Part shown: in pieces, positions 1 to 10,428 of the stretch | How the letters are laid out: every line of letters begins with the position of its first letter | How positions within the stretch are numbered: the stretch's first letter is position 1 | From: an uncultured Chloroflexia bacterium | GTDB taxonomy: Bacteria; Chloroflexota; Limnocylindria; Limnocylindrales; CSP1-4 | DNA: 45,383 bases | Assembly (NCBI GenBank): GCA_963766735.1 | Contig: CAVYBU010000020.1 | Location: forward strand, 1-45,383 | Direction: 5' to 3' | Notes under the pieces: model-generated | The model's input: the letters and a program-made list of their open reading frames with translations, nothing else | Database searches by the model: none | Told to the model about the DNA's origin: nothing | Position numbers and translations under genes: made by a program

Positions 1-151
1 AACAAAGGGTGCTCGCCGGTTCCGGGCACGACAGAGCACGGCGGCTCGTCCGCTCGGGAGGACTGCCAGCGACAGGATCGAACGAGGAATTGACTGGCCG
101 AGGCTTCGGCGCCCGGTCTGGGTGCCGGATCGGGTTGCGCAGGCGTCCGAT

Positions 152-769
152 CTATGTGGACGGCATCGCGAGGATGGCCTCCAGGGCCGGGATCGCCCGA
201 TCGAAGGTTCCTGCGACGACATCGACGGGCTCGCCTTGGCCGCTGCCCTGCAGCCAGGTGGATATGCCCGCTCTCAGGATCGCGACCGTTGCGTGCGCCA
301 CGATCCGGGGGCGCGGATCCGTCTCGAGATCGACACCCAGGTCGGCGGCGACCTCGCCCGCCAGTGCGTCTTCCCAGCGGACCTGGTAGGCCAGGGCCGC
401 GGCCGCCACCTTTGGCTCCAGCAGCCCCACACGGGCCTCGGCGCGGACGAGATCCGGCTCGAAGTACACGCCGGCGAGCGCCAGGATGCCCCGGCGCAGC
501 GCAGCGACCGTCGGCTCGTCGGGTGGGCCGTTTGCGAGCGCGACGTGCAGCGTGGCCAGCTTGCCCTCCGGATCGATGACGAAGACCTCCTCCTTGCTGG
601 AGAAGTACCGGAAGAAGGTCCTGCGAGACACGTTCGCGGCGGCGGCGATGTCATCCACGGTCGTCGCGTCGTAGCCGCGCTCTTCGAACAGGCGCATCGC
701 GGCACGGGCCAGGGCGAGCCGCGTCTCGATCTTCTTGCGCTCGCGCAGTCCCTGCGGGATGGGCTCCAT
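152..769 (-). CDS. TetR family transcriptional regulator
   Basis: N-terminal GLRERKKIETRLALARAAMRLFEERGYDATTVDDIAAAANVSRRTFFRYF is a typical TetR HTH; divergent from an MFS gene. Confidence 0.95.
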   Translation of the reverse strand: MEPIPQGLRERKKIETRLALARAAMRLFEERGYDATTVDDIAAAANVSRRTFFRYFSSKEEVFVIDPEGKLATLHVALANGPPDEPTVAALRRGILALAGVYFEPDLVRAEARVGLLEPKVAAAALAYQVRWEDALAGEVAADLGVDLETDPRPRIVAHATVAILRAGISTWLQGSGQGEPVDVVAGTFDRAIPALEAILAMPST

Positions 770-775
770 GACCGC

Positions 776-804
776 ACACTACGTTGCGTGTCAAGGAGTG
801 TCAA
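776..804 (-). promoter_or_regulatory. sigma70-type promoter for a leaderless tetR transcript
   Basis: Minus strand TTGACA (804-799), 17-bp spacer, TAGTGT (781-776), then 6 nt to the ATG at 769. Confidence 0.7.
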
Positions 805-822
805 GTGCTCGGATGTGACATG

Positions 823-853
823 TGGCACTGTGCGCAACTGGCATCGAGTGCCA
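823..853. promoter_or_regulatory. Candidate TetR operator pair
   Basis: Palindrome TGGCA-tcgag-TGCCA (839-853) preceded by an imperfect copy TGGCA-ctgtg-CGCAA (823-837) in the tetR/MFS divergent spacer. Confidence 0.5.
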
Positions 854-946
854 ATATCCGCAGCGTGTCGCGGGTCGCCGGTGCGGACAGGCCGCCGCGA
901 CGATGCTCTAGCCGAACGGGTCCGACGCTGCAAGAGGAGGCCCGTG

Positions 947-2644
947 ATGGCGCTCCAGGCATCCCGCTCCGTCTCACATCCTGCCGATCTGGCGGACCGC
1001 TACGTCTTCCTCCCGCCGCGCGCGCTTCGCGGCGTGCTCGCGAGCCTGGCCCTGGTGATGCTGGCCGCGTCGCTCGACTCGACTGCGGTGGGAACCGCTC
1101 TGCCACGAATTGTCACCGACCTCCGGGGCAACGAGCTCTACACGTGGGTCTTCACGATCTACCTGCTGACGATGACGGCGACGATGCCGGTCTGGGGCTC
1201 GCTGTCCGACCGGTTCGGGCGTCGCTCTGTCCTGTTCGTCGGCGTCGTCATCTTCCTGGGAGGCTCCGCGCTCTGCGGGCTGAGCCAGGAGATGTGGCAG
1301 CTCATCGCCTTCCGCGGGATCCAGGGCCTGGGTGCGGGCGCGATCGTGCCCATCGCCCTCGCGATCATCGGAGACCTGTTCCCTCCCGCCGATCGGGCTC
1401 GCCTCCAGGCAGCCTTCAGCTCGCTCTTCGTGGTCGCGTTCCTCATCGGGCCCACGCTGGGCGGCGTCCTGACCGACACCATCGGTTGGCGGTGGGTCTT
1501 CTACATCAACCTGCCGGTGGGGCTCGTTGCCCTCGCGGTCATGGGTCGCCTCATGCCGCCCCTTCGCGGCAGCATCGAGCGGCGCGCATTCGACGTGCTC
1601 GGCGTGGTGCTCTTCACGGCAGCGGTGGTGCCCTTCCTGGTTGGTGTCCGGAACCTTCCGGACGGGTCGTTGGGTGACCCGACGGTCGGTGGATTGATGC
1701 TGCTCGGCCTCGTGATCGGGGCGGCCTTCCTCGCCGCCGAAGCCCGGGCCGAGGAGCCGATCGTGCCTGTCCGGCTCTTCCGGGATCCAACGTTCGCCTC
1801 GGCGTCGGCCATCGTGCTCCTGTCCGTGGCCGGGCTGTTCGTCTCGATCGTGTTCATGCCCCGCTACTTCCAGTTCGTCCACGGCGCCAGCGCAACGTCG
1901 TCGGGTTGGCAGATCATGACGCTCCTCCTCGGGCTGATCGTGGGCGCGGTCGGCTGCGGCCAGATCGTCGCGCGCACGGGACGCTGGAAGATCCTGTTGC
2001 TCGGGGCCATGGCCATCGGGTCGATCGGCATGCTGCTCCTGTCCGGGCTACGCGCCGACTCGCCGATGCCCCTGGTGTGGGCGGCCATGTTCCTCACTGG
2101 CCTCGGGATCGGCCCCATCTCGTCAGTGCTGACAGCCGTCGTCCAGACGACCGTGCCTGCGGCGGTCATGGGGGTGGCGACGAGCACCATCACCTTCTTC
2201 CGCCAGCTGGGCGCGTCCATCTGGCTCGCGATCAGCGGCTCGATCTTCTCCACCTCCTTCCGGGAGCAGCTCCCGGTGCGCATGACCGCGAACGGGATCC
2301 CCGACGAGCTGGCGACGAGCCTGACGTCTGGGACCGGCGCGGCCGCATCGGAGGCCTCCACGAACATCGGCGACCTCGGAGCCTCGATCCTTGCGGCGCT
2401 GCCGGCAGAGGCTCGGGCGGTCGTGGAGCCGTTCATCAGCGGGATCGTCGCGTCGATGCACCAGGCCTTCAGCCTGGCCACCGGCACAGCCTTCTGGATC
2501 GGGATCGCGGCCGTGGGGGTCGCGTTCGTGATCCTCCTGCCGCTGCGGGAGACACGGCTGCCGCTCGAGCGGCTGGCAGAGATCCGGGGCCGCTCCCGCG
2601 CCACGAGCTCACCGCCGCCCGAGGGCGTGACAGCGGGGACGTAG
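947..2644 (+). CDS. MFS drug:H+ antiporter, DHA2/EmrB-QacA (14-TM) type
   Basis: LASLDSTAVGTALPRI, WGSLSDRFGRR (motif A), WRWVFYINLPVG; AGGAGG 6 nt upstream of ATG 947. Confidence 0.93.
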   Translation: MALQASRSVSHPADLADRYVFLPPRALRGVLASLALVMLAASLDSTAVGTALPRIVTDLRGNELYTWVFTIYLLTMTATMPVWGSLSDRFGRRSVLFVGVVIFLGGSALCGLSQEMWQLIAFRGIQGLGAGAIVPIALAIIGDLFPPADRARLQAAFSSLFVVAFLIGPTLGGVLTDTIGWRWVFYINLPVGLVALAVMGRLMPPLRGSIERRAFDVLGVVLFTAAVVPFLVGVRNLPDGSLGDPTVGGLMLLGLVIGAAFLAAEARAEEPIVPVRLFRDPTFASASAIVLLSVAGLFVSIVFMPRYFQFVHGASATSSGWQIMTLLLGLIVGAVGCGQIVARTGRWKILLLGAMAIGSIGMLLLSGLRADSPMPLVWAAMFLTGLGIGPISSVLTAVVQTTVPAAVMGVATSTITFFRQLGASIWLAISGSIFSTSFREQLPVRMTANGIPDELATSLTSGTGAAASEASTNIGDLGASILAALPAEARAVVEPFISGIVASMHQAFSLATGTAFWIGIAAVGVAFVILLPLRETRLPLERLAEIRGRSRATSSPPPEGVTAGT

Positions 2645-2650
2645 CCCCGG

Positions 2651-2688
2651 GGCCCCAGGGCCGGGTGTCCGCGTCTGGCCCTGGGGCC
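2651..2688. terminator. GC-rich hairpin between convergent genes
   Basis: Perfect 12-bp inverted repeat GGCCCCAGGGCC / GGCCCTGGGGCC just after the MFS stop; no U-tract. Confidence 0.5.
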
Positions 2689-2728
2689 GAGCCGGCGCGC
2701 TCGGGCAAGGCCCCGGTCTCGGCTGCGG

Positions 2729-3634
2729 CTACGCGTCGGCGTCCGCGGCAAGCTCCACGGCTGCTGCCTCGGCTCCGGGCGGCTCTGCCCGCCGGGTCGC
2801 CAGCGTTGATCCAGCGATCGCCAGCGCGAAGCCGACGAGCATCGGCGTCGTCAGGATCTCGTCGAGGATGAGCACACCAAGGGCGGCCGCGACCATCGGG
2901 TTCACGTACGTGATGACGGTGGCGCGGACGGGCCCGACCTCGCGGATGAGCGCGGCGAATAGCGGGAACGCGGCCGCCGTGCAGACCACGGCGAGGATGA
3001 GGATCGAAACCAGGACATCCTGGCCCGGCTGGCTCGTCGGCCAGTTCACGAGCGCTATCGGCGCGTAGAGGAGCGCGGTCAGGGTGAGCGAGAGCGCCAT
3101 GATCCCGAGCGACGACACGCCGACGAGCCGGCGCGACAGGATGAATGGGCCCAGCGCATAGCAGACGACCACGACGGCGACCTGGACGAGCGCCAGCGCA
3201 TTCTCGGCGCCGAAGTCGCCGCCGGCGATCACCGCCACGCCCGTGAACCCGATGAGCAGGCCGACGAGCTGGCGACGCCCGACCCGGTCCGGCCCGCCGA
3301 CGATCACCGCGATCGCTGCGCCGACAAGGGGGACGCCTGCGATGAGGAGGCCCGCGAGCGAGCTCGAGATCGTCTGCTCGGCCGCGCCGAGCATCAGCCA
3401 CGGGATCGCGATCTCGATGGCCGCGAACGCGACGACCCACGGCCAGTGGCGCAGGACGGAACGCAGGTCGACCCGGAAGAGCGCGATGGGCAGGAGCAGG
3501 GTCGCCGCAATCGCGGTGCGCGAGAACACGAGCAGCGCCGGGCTGAGCTCCGCGACGGTGATCCGGATCAGCAGGTAGGGGATGCCCCAGATGATCGACA
3601 TCGCCGCGAACAGCAGGAGCCCCCGACGCGTCAT
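2729..3634 (-). CDS. EamA/DMT family transporter
   Basis: 301 aa, ~10 hydrophobic segments, IIWGIPYLLIR and GPVRATVITYVNPMVA motifs. Confidence 0.92.
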   Translation of the reverse strand: MTRRGLLLFAAMSIIWGIPYLLIRITVAELSPALLVFSRTAIAATLLLPIALFRVDLRSVLRHWPWVVAFAAIEIAIPWLMLGAAEQTISSSLAGLLIAGVPLVGAAIAVIVGGPDRVGRRQLVGLLIGFTGVAVIAGGDFGAENALALVQVAVVVVCYALGPFILSRRLVGVSSLGIMALSLTLTALLYAPIALVNWPTSQPGQDVLVSILILAVVCTAAAFPLFAALIREVGPVRATVITYVNPMVAAALGVLILDEILTTPMLVGFALAIAGSTLATRRAEPPGAEAAAVELAADADA

Positions 3635-3799
3635 CGGCTGGGGCCCGGGCTTGTGCGCATCGCACGATCATGGCAGGTCGTCCACCGGATGGACCCCTTG
3701 ATCGGTCGGCGCCACTGGGTCATCCTTTGACGCGACCCCGACTGTCCGGCCGTGCCGGCCGTCCCACGATGACGGGCTTCTCCGCAACTGGAGGGCAGG

Positions 3800-5461
3800 G
3801 TGCGGGACCAGCGGATCATTGGCTGGCCGATCACCATCGCCTCTTGGGTCGTCCTGCTGCTGGCGGGTGTCATTGGCCTGGCGCCGCTGATCCCCCCGGA
3901 AGTCCCTGACGATCCAGGGCCAGCCGAGTTCTCGACGACCCGCGCGCTGGATTTGATCGGGCAGATCGCGTTCGAGCCGCATCCGATCGGCACTGCGGCC
4001 AATGAGCGGGTGCGCGCGACCATCATCGGTGAGCTCCGGGCGCTGGGCCTGGAACCCGAGCTCCAGGCGATCGACGCGCCCGACTACTACGGCGGCTCGG
4101 GTGGTCTCGTGCCCGTCGTCAATGTCCTGGCGCGGATCTCCGGCACGGATCCGACCGCCGCCGTCGCGATCGTCGGGCACTACGACACCGTCCCCGCGAC
4201 CCCGGGCGCGAACGACGATGCGTCGGCCGTCGCCGTCATGCTGGAGACGGCCCGGGCCGTGCTGGCCGGCCCCGCACTGCGGAACGACCTGATCCTGGTG
4301 TTCACCGACGGGGAGGAGCCGGCGCCTCGTTTCGGCTCGTCGGCGTTCGTGGACACACACCCCTGGGCGCGACAGATCGGGACCGTCGTCAACCTGGAGA
4401 CGATAGGCGGCACCGGGCCGTCGACCCTGATCGGCGTCAGCGGGCCGGACGGATGGATCGTCGATCAATACGCGCGAACTGCCCCGTACCCGGTGGCCTT
4501 CTCGTACGTCACGGCGCTCACCCGGCTCATCGGCGGATCCAACTCCGACTTTGCCGAGTTCCGTGACCAGGGCATTCCCGGGATCGAGCTGGCGTACATC
4601 CACGGCTCGTCGATCTACCACACGCCGGCGGACACGCCGGACCAGGTGAATCCGGGCAGCCTCCAGCAGCAGGGCGCCAACACCCTGGCCTTCGCCCGGA
4701 GCCTCGCGGCTCTTGACCTCGGCGCCGAGCGTGGCCCGGGTGAGACGGTGTTCTTCACTCTCGGCCGCTTCCTGGTGGTGCGCTACCCGGTCGAGGGGGA
4801 GCTGATCGTCGTGCTGCTCGCCGGGTTTGCCCTCGCGGTCGCCGGGTGGCGGCGTCGCAACGCGGGCGCTGGTTCCATCCGATGGGGCCTTGCCCGCAGC
4901 GGGATCGTGGTGATCCTCTCGCCGCTGCTGGCCGCCATGGCCTGGACCAATATCGCGACCGGGCGGTCCACCATGGGCGTCGGGGAGAGCTATCTGTACC
5001 TCGCGTGCCTGGTGGCGATGACCGCCGGGATCGCCATCGTTGTCGGGCGGCTGTTCCGCCGCCGGGACGAGCCCGACCCCGTTGCGGTGGTCGCAATCTG
5101 GTGGGTTCTCGCCCTGCTCACCGCCGCCACCGCCCCGGGGCTCAGCTACCTCTTCGGATGGCCGGCGCTGGCAGGAGCGCTCGTCCTGCTCTGGCGCTCG
5201 CGGAGCAGGGGCCGCGCTCGCCACTGGGAGGAGCTGGCCGGGTTCGCGCTGGTGGTCGGGGTGACCCTCGTCCTGCTCGTCCCGGCGATCGATACCTTCT
5301 ACCAGCTCGTTCAACCGCGACCGGGCAATCCCGACTCGCAGATGCTGGCCGTCGTCGTGGTCCCGGTCGTGCTCATCGCCCTGGTCGTGGAGCTGCTCCG
5401 TGCCTTCTGGGCGCGCGATGCGATCCGCGGCGATGCCGGATCGCCGGTGCCGAGCCGCTGA
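3800..5461 (+). CDS. Membrane-bound M28 family metallopeptidase
   Basis: GHYDTV, GANDDASAVA, FTDGEE, NLE, SDF, YHT zinc-site motifs followed by multiple TM helices. Confidence 0.92.
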   Translation: MRDQRIIGWPITIASWVVLLLAGVIGLAPLIPPEVPDDPGPAEFSTTRALDLIGQIAFEPHPIGTAANERVRATIIGELRALGLEPELQAIDAPDYYGGSGGLVPVVNVLARISGTDPTAAVAIVGHYDTVPATPGANDDASAVAVMLETARAVLAGPALRNDLILVFTDGEEPAPRFGSSAFVDTHPWARQIGTVVNLETIGGTGPSTLIGVSGPDGWIVDQYARTAPYPVAFSYVTALTRLIGGSNSDFAEFRDQGIPGIELAYIHGSSIYHTPADTPDQVNPGSLQQQGANTLAFARSLAALDLGAERGPGETVFFTLGRFLVVRYPVEGELIVVLLAGFALAVAGWRRRNAGAGSIRWGLARSGIVVILSPLLAAMAWTNIATGRSTMGVGESYLYLACLVAMTAGIAIVVGRLFRRRDEPDPVAVVAIWWVLALLTAATAPGLSYLFGWPALAGALVLLWRSRSRGRARHWEELAGFALVVGVTLVLLVPAIDTFYQLVQPRPGNPDSQMLAVVVVPVVLIALVVELLRAFWARDAIRGDAGSPVPSR

Positions 5462-5572
5462 CGGATCGCAGCGACCAGAGCGTGGACCCGGCGCGGCGGT
5501 CCGAGTCCGGATCCCTACCGGCGATGCGGGCAAGGTCGCCATGTGCTGGCGGCGATACCCGACCCGGGGACC

Positions 5573-6181
5573 TCATCCGTCCGCTGAGGGGAGGGTCCAC
5601 GCCCCCTCGAGGTAGTGCGTGATCGCCGGTGCCAGCACCGCGATGAGCGTCTCGCGCGATGCGGATGCGATCGGCTCGATGGCCACCACGTGCCGGGCGA
5701 TGGCCAGGCCCACGACCTGCGAGGCAACCATCGATGCCCTGAGCTCCGGCTGGTCCGCGGACACCTCGCGGGCGATCGGCAGCAGGATCCGCTCGGTCAG
5801 GACCTCTCGCACCAGCTCCGCCGCCTCCCGATCCGTGACTGCCGAGCGGAGGAGACCCATCAGCGCCTGGCGGGACGTGGGCTCGTCCAGGACCGCCAGG
5901 ACCAGCGCGGCGACACGCTCGCCGACCGTACCCGACTCGCCGCGAAACACGCGGCTGACCACCAGCGATGGGTCCACCGGCAGCTCAACCGCCTCCTGGA
6001 ACAGACCGCGCTTGGACCCGAAGTAGTGCAGCACAAGGCGCGGATCGACGCCCACGCTGGCCGCCACGCTGCGCAGCGTCGTCGGCGCATACCCGTTCTC
6101 GCCGAACTGGCGGCGGGCCTCCGCCGCGATCGCGCTCCGGGTGTCCATGCCGCCTGGTCGCCGGCCACGTGTGCGTGCCAT
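5573..6181 (-). CDS. TetR family transcriptional regulator
   Basis: RGRRPGGMDTRSAIAAEARRQFGENGY..TTLRSVAASVGVDPRLVLHYFGSK; start placed at ATG 6181. Confidence 0.92.
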   Translation of the reverse strand: MARTRGRRPGGMDTRSAIAAEARRQFGENGYAPTTLRSVAASVGVDPRLVLHYFGSKRGLFQEAVELPVDPSLVVSRVFRGESGTVGERVAALVLAVLDEPTSRQALMGLLRSAVTDREAAELVREVLTERILLPIAREVSADQPELRASMVASQVVGLAIARHVVAIEPIASASRETLIAVLAPAITHYLEGAWTLPSADG

Positions 6182-6219
6182 GGATTGCCTCTTGCGATTT
6201 CCCCCGATGGAGAATACCA

Positions 6220-6238
6220 TTCCTCCCCAGTTGAGGAA
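6220..6238. promoter_or_regulatory. Candidate TetR operator
   Basis: TTCCTC-N7-GAGGAA inverted repeat in the 80-bp divergent tetR/MFS spacer. Confidence 0.45.
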
Positions 6239-6261
6239 ATCTAGCCGAGAGGGCGTCCCAG

Positions 6262-7824
6262 ATGCACGAACGAACGGTCGATGCTGCACCCGCGGAGTTG
6301 AGCCCAGGGCGGACGCGTGCCGTCCTGGCGGTGGTGGCGCTGAGCCTGATGGCCGTCATCTCGGCCGTGAGCGGGCTCAACGTCGCGCTGCCGGCGCTGG
6401 CCCGCGAGACCGGAGCCACGCAGACCCAGCTGACGTGGATCGTGGACGCCTACACGGTGGTGTTCGCCGGCCTGCTGTTCTTCGCGGGCGCGCTCGGCGA
6501 CCGCTATGGACGCCGCCTCCTGCTGCAGGTGGGCCTCGTCCTGTTCGGGGTTGCCGCAGCGTTGGGCCTGTTCACGACAGACCCGACCCAGCTCGTCTTC
6601 GTGCGGGCGTTCATGGGCATCGGTGCCGCGGCCATCATGCCCACGACGCTCTCGATCATCACCACCTCCTTCCCCGAGGTGGAGCGGCCGCGAGCCATCG
6701 GCGTGTGGGTTGGCATCGCTGGCGGCGGCGCGGTTCTCGGGCTGTTCGTCTCGGCGCTGCTCCTCGAGTGGTTCTCGTGGCAGTCGTTCTTCGCGTTCAA
6801 CGTGGCGCTGTCGGCGATCGCGCTCGTGGGGGTGTTCGCCGTCGTGCCGAGCTCGGTCGATGCCGACCCGCCGGCCCTCGACGTCGTCGGCGGGCTGCTC
6901 TCGCTGATCACGGTTGCGGCGCTCGTGTTCGGGATCATCGAGGCCCCCGACCGGGGCTGGACCGACCCGGTCACGGCCGGTTCGCTGACCCTGGGACTCA
7001 TTGCCGGCGCGCTGTTCGTGTGGTGGGAGCTCCGCCAGCAGCACCCGCTCCTGGATCCGCGACTCTTCCGCCTCCGCGGGTTCAGCGCCGGCTCCCTGTC
7101 GATCTCGATCCAGTTCTTCGCGGCCTTCGGCTTCTTCTTCATCGTCCTCCAGTACCTGCAGTTCGTGACCGGCCGGTCAGCGCTGGAAGCCGCTGCCGCG
7201 CTTCTCCCGCTTCCGTTCGTCCTGATTCCCACTGCCCGCGCCGCGCCGCGACTCGCACAGCGCATCGGTTTCCGGTGGGTGGGGCCCACGGGCCTGCTTG
7301 CCATGGCGCTCGGGTTCGCCCTTCTCAGTCGCCTCGAGGTGGACACGCCGTACTGGTTCTTCGTGATCGGCCTGCTGTTCTTCGGCCTCGGCATGGGCCT
7401 GGCCGGGACGCCCGCCACCACGGCGATCACGAGCTCGCTGTCGATGGCCAAGCAGGGTGTGGCCTCGGCCATGAACGACACCGCCCGCGAGGTCGGGAGC
7501 GCCTTCGGGATCGCGATCCTGGGCGCGGTGCTCAACCAGTCGTACCGCGACGCGCTCGCCCCGGCGGTCGCGAACCTGCCGCCCCAGATCGCAGAGCGGG
7601 TGCTGGGTTCGGTGGCCTTCACGTCGTCTCCCGCGATCGCGCAGCTGGGCGCCGCCGGTCAGACGCTCGTCGAGGCCGGCCGCGCCGCGTTCGTCCAGGG
7701 TGTCGGGGACGCTGTCCTCATCGGGTCCGTCGTGCTGGCGGTGGCGGCGGTCGTGGTGTTCGTGGCATCGGGTCCGAAGGCCCGGGCCGCGATCGTCGCG
7801 GAGGAGCTGACCGCGGCGGCATAG
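6262..7824 (+). CDS. MFS transporter, DHA2 type
   Basis: LNVALPAL, WIVDAYTVVFAGLL, GALGDRYGRR, GVASAMNDTAREVGSAFGIA. Confidence 0.93.
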   Translation: MHERTVDAAPAELSPGRTRAVLAVVALSLMAVISAVSGLNVALPALARETGATQTQLTWIVDAYTVVFAGLLFFAGALGDRYGRRLLLQVGLVLFGVAAALGLFTTDPTQLVFVRAFMGIGAAAIMPTTLSIITTSFPEVERPRAIGVWVGIAGGGAVLGLFVSALLLEWFSWQSFFAFNVALSAIALVGVFAVVPSSVDADPPALDVVGGLLSLITVAALVFGIIEAPDRGWTDPVTAGSLTLGLIAGALFVWWELRQQHPLLDPRLFRLRGFSAGSLSISIQFFAAFGFFFIVLQYLQFVTGRSALEAAAALLPLPFVLIPTARAAPRLAQRIGFRWVGPTGLLAMALGFALLSRLEVDTPYWFFVIGLLFFGLGMGLAGTPATTAITSSLSMAKQGVASAMNDTAREVGSAFGIAILGAVLNQSYRDALAPAVANLPPQIAERVLGSVAFTSSPAIAQLGAAGQTLVEAGRAAFVQGVGDAVLIGSVVLAVAAVVVFVASGPKARAAIVAEELTAAA

Positions 7825-7901
7825 CGGCGTCGGTGAGCGGGCGCCGCCTGATTTCTGTCCGAACGACACTGGGATTCGGCCGCACCACATCGCATCCTCG
7901 G

Positions 7902-9045
7902 ATGATGGGACCGCGTGCGCACGAGACGCCGCCAGCGCCGGGCATCGTCGACCGGGGGCCCGGGTGGCAGTCAGGCCCGGCAGGCGGGTCATCCGCGACA
8001 CCCTCCAAGCCGCTGGCCGGCCTCCTGCGCAGACCGCCGCTCGTCATTCTGATTCTGGCCTTCCTCTGCGGAGGCATCGCCGCGGCGACCGTTGGGCTCG
8101 CCTTGGGGTTCGGTGACACCGAGGATGAGGTCGTCGGCCAGGTCCGCATGTGGGGCGCGCTGTTGACCGGGCTTGCCGCTGGCCTCATCGGCCGTGGCGT
8201 CTGGGGCTGGGTTGCCGCATCGGCAGGGGCGTCACTCGGCAGCGCGCCGTTCTTCCCGGGCATCGACGGCGAGCTCTCCTTCGCACTCGGGCTGCTCCCG
8301 TTCACAGCTGCCGTCCTCGCCCCCGGGTATGTCATGGGAAGAGTCGTGGTGGTCCTGGCGGAGAACCGTTCCGGCCTCCGCCGGGTGCGGCGCGAGGGCC
8401 TCGGCGCGCGACCCGGATCAGTGGCCGGATCGACCGGCCCCGCGTCAACGGCCTTGTGGGAACCCACGGCGCTTCCGGCCGCGTCGGGCAGCGTCCCTGC
8501 GCCGGCCCCCAGCGCCGCGATGATGGTGCTGGTGCTGGTGGCCATCCTCGCCGGGATTACCGTCGGGCTCCTGTGGGTCGTCCTGGCGGCCTCGGCGACG
8601 GATGATTCCGGCGCCCTCGCGCTGCTCGTGTTCTCGATCGGTGCCGGGGTGATTGCCGGCCTGTCGTGCGGCCTTCCCGGACAGGCCGGGTCTGCTGCTC
8701 GCATGGGTCGTCGCAGCCGTGACGAGCGGCGCTGTAGCGGTCTGGATGACGGACCTGGCGACAGACGAGGAGGGCGTGGGCTACGTGATGATTGCCTTCC
8801 TCGCCTTCCTGGTCGTCCCGGCCGGCGGGGGGTTCGGGCTGGCATGGATCATCCGGAGGTTCCGCGCTGGCAGGCCGCCGTGGGGGGTCTTGCAGGCGCT
8901 CGGCATCCTCGCCCTCATCGTGATCGTCCCGAACGGGCTGATGGGCGGGCCGGCGGCCGACTTCGTGTGGCTCGCCGTGATCGTGGTCGGCGGGCTCGTC
9001 GCGATCCTGCTGCGATTGTGGCGCGGAGGTTCCCCCAGGACCTGA
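7902..9045 (+). pseudogene. Multi-pass membrane protein with apparent frameshift near 8665
   Basis: Hydrophobic helices run in one frame from 7902 to ~8665 and continue in the 8653..9045 frame (GLLLAWVVAAV...). Confidence 0.6.
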
Positions 9046-9076
9046 CTGCGCGGAGCAGGTCGCCGGCCGATCCACC

Positions 9077-9098
9077 TGGCGCGTCGCGGAGGCGTTGG
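9077..9098 (+). repeat. Weak, eroded copy of the tRNA-3'-like site
   Basis: TGGCGCGTCGCGGAGGCGTTGG versus consensus TGGCGCGCCCGGAGGGCGTCGG; intergenic, same orientation. Confidence 0.35.
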
Positions 9099-9219
9099 AT
9101 CTGGCCCCCGATCACGGAGCCCGGGCAGCGCCGCGCCTGGGCATCATCGACAAACTGGGCGAGCCCTCCTGGAGAGCGGACCCAGGCGCACGCTGGCCGG
9201 GCGCGTGGCCCTCGGCCCG

Positions 9220-10272
9220 TCACGGTCCTGCCGGAACGGTCCCTCGTGCCTCGGCGACCGCCTTGAGCACCCGGCAGGCGCGCAGGGTCACCCACCGGCT
9301 GGGCCGACCCGGCTGGTCGATGTCGACGATCATCTTGCCGGCGTAGGCATAGCGGTTGGCCCATCGACCGTGCTCGTCCTGCTGGGCGAGCAGCCAGCCG
9401 ATGGCTTGATCAAGCCGAGGATCGCCGGCGGCGCCTGCCTCGCACAGCGCCTCGAGGACCTGGAGAACGTCGGCCACGTATCCCGACGGGAAGCCGAGCT
9501 TGAACCACGAGCCGTTCGGCTTCGTATTGCCGTAGCCCCGCGGGTAGTCCGCACCTGCCGGATCCGTGCCCAGGAGGAACGCGACGCCGGCATCGAGCGC
9601 CCGTGCGACCGGCGGTGTCCGGCGAGCCGGCGGGATCCGGGCGAGGGCCAGGACGGCCTTCGTGGCGCCCCAGGCGCACGGCTCGCCCTCGTTCGCGCCG
9701 CACCGGAAGCCGGGCCCCGGCAGCGATGACCGGTAGAACCGGATCTCGCCCTCGCCGGTGATGGCGGCCGCTTGCCAGTCGATCGCGCGGCCAACCCGCT
9801 CATCGTCCAGCCACCCGAAGCCGACCAGCGCACGCACGAGGTTGCCGTTCAGGCAGTGGATGACCGTGGACGGGGCCGGACGCGCCTCACCGCTCGCGAC
9901 CGCACCGAACCCCCCGTTCGTCGTCTGCGCATGGTCCAGGAGGTAGGCGCACCCGGTCCTGATCCGGGAGTCGGCTCCATCAGCGCCGAGCTGGTCGAGG
10001 AAGACCAGCGTCCACACCGTGGACGCATATTTCGGCCCGTAGCCCGACCCGGGTCGCCCCCACCATCCGTCCGGGTCCTGGGCAGCGAGGATGGCCGCGA
10101 TCGGGTCGGTTCGCATGCCCGCGGCGCTGGCGGCGACCACGCGCGGGTCGTCCTCTGCGGCATCCAGGAGCTGGCGGAGGGCGAGGTGGCGGACGGCCGG
10201 CGCCGCCTCGTCGAGCAGCCAGGGGAGCGGGTCTCCTCGCAACGCGTCGAGCCAGCCTGACATCTGTTCCAC
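9220..10272 (-). CDS. Prenyltransferase/squalene-cyclase-repeat (alpha/alpha toroid) protein
   Basis: QW-like repeats ILAAQDPDGWW, LLDHAQTTNGGF, WLLAQQDEHGRW; C-terminal PSRWVTLRACRVLK. Confidence 0.75.
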   Translation of the reverse strand: MEQMSGWLDALRGDPLPWLLDEAAPAVRHLALRQLLDAAEDDPRVVAASAAGMRTDPIAAILAAQDPDGWWGRPGSGYGPKYASTVWTLVFLDQLGADGADSRIRTGCAYLLDHAQTTNGGFGAVASGEARPAPSTVIHCLNGNLVRALVGFGWLDDERVGRAIDWQAAAITGEGEIRFYRSSLPGPGFRCGANEGEPCAWGATKAVLALARIPPARRTPPVARALDAGVAFLLGTDPAGADYPRGYGNTKPNGSWFKLGFPSGYVADVLQVLEALCEAGAAGDPRLDQAIGWLLAQQDEHGRWANRYAYAGKMIVDIDQPGRPSRWVTLRACRVLKAVAEARGTVPAGP

Positions 10273-10373
10273 CTGGGTACAGGCCCCGCCATCAGCGGCG
10301 CCGTCCTCGTGATACTGCGTTGCGCCGAGGGCGGCCGCCTAGGGCCGTTCGATCGAAAGGCCCGAATCCGATC

Positions 10374-10408
10374 GAGTGCCCTGAACGGCGTCGAGCGTGC
10401 GCGAACGG
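10374..10408 (+). repeat. Eroded copy of the tRNA-3'-like site
   Basis: GAGTGCCCTG-AACGGCGT-CGAGCGTGC-GCGAAC keeps the spacer length, right arm (7/9) and GAAC tail. Confidence 0.45.
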
Positions 10409-10428
10409 CGTCGGGTTGTTCCGACCGG

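Noticed and set aside
9220-10272. Squalene-hopene cyclase call
   Set aside because: Only ~350 aa and no DXDD motif; only the QW-like repeat fold is supported.
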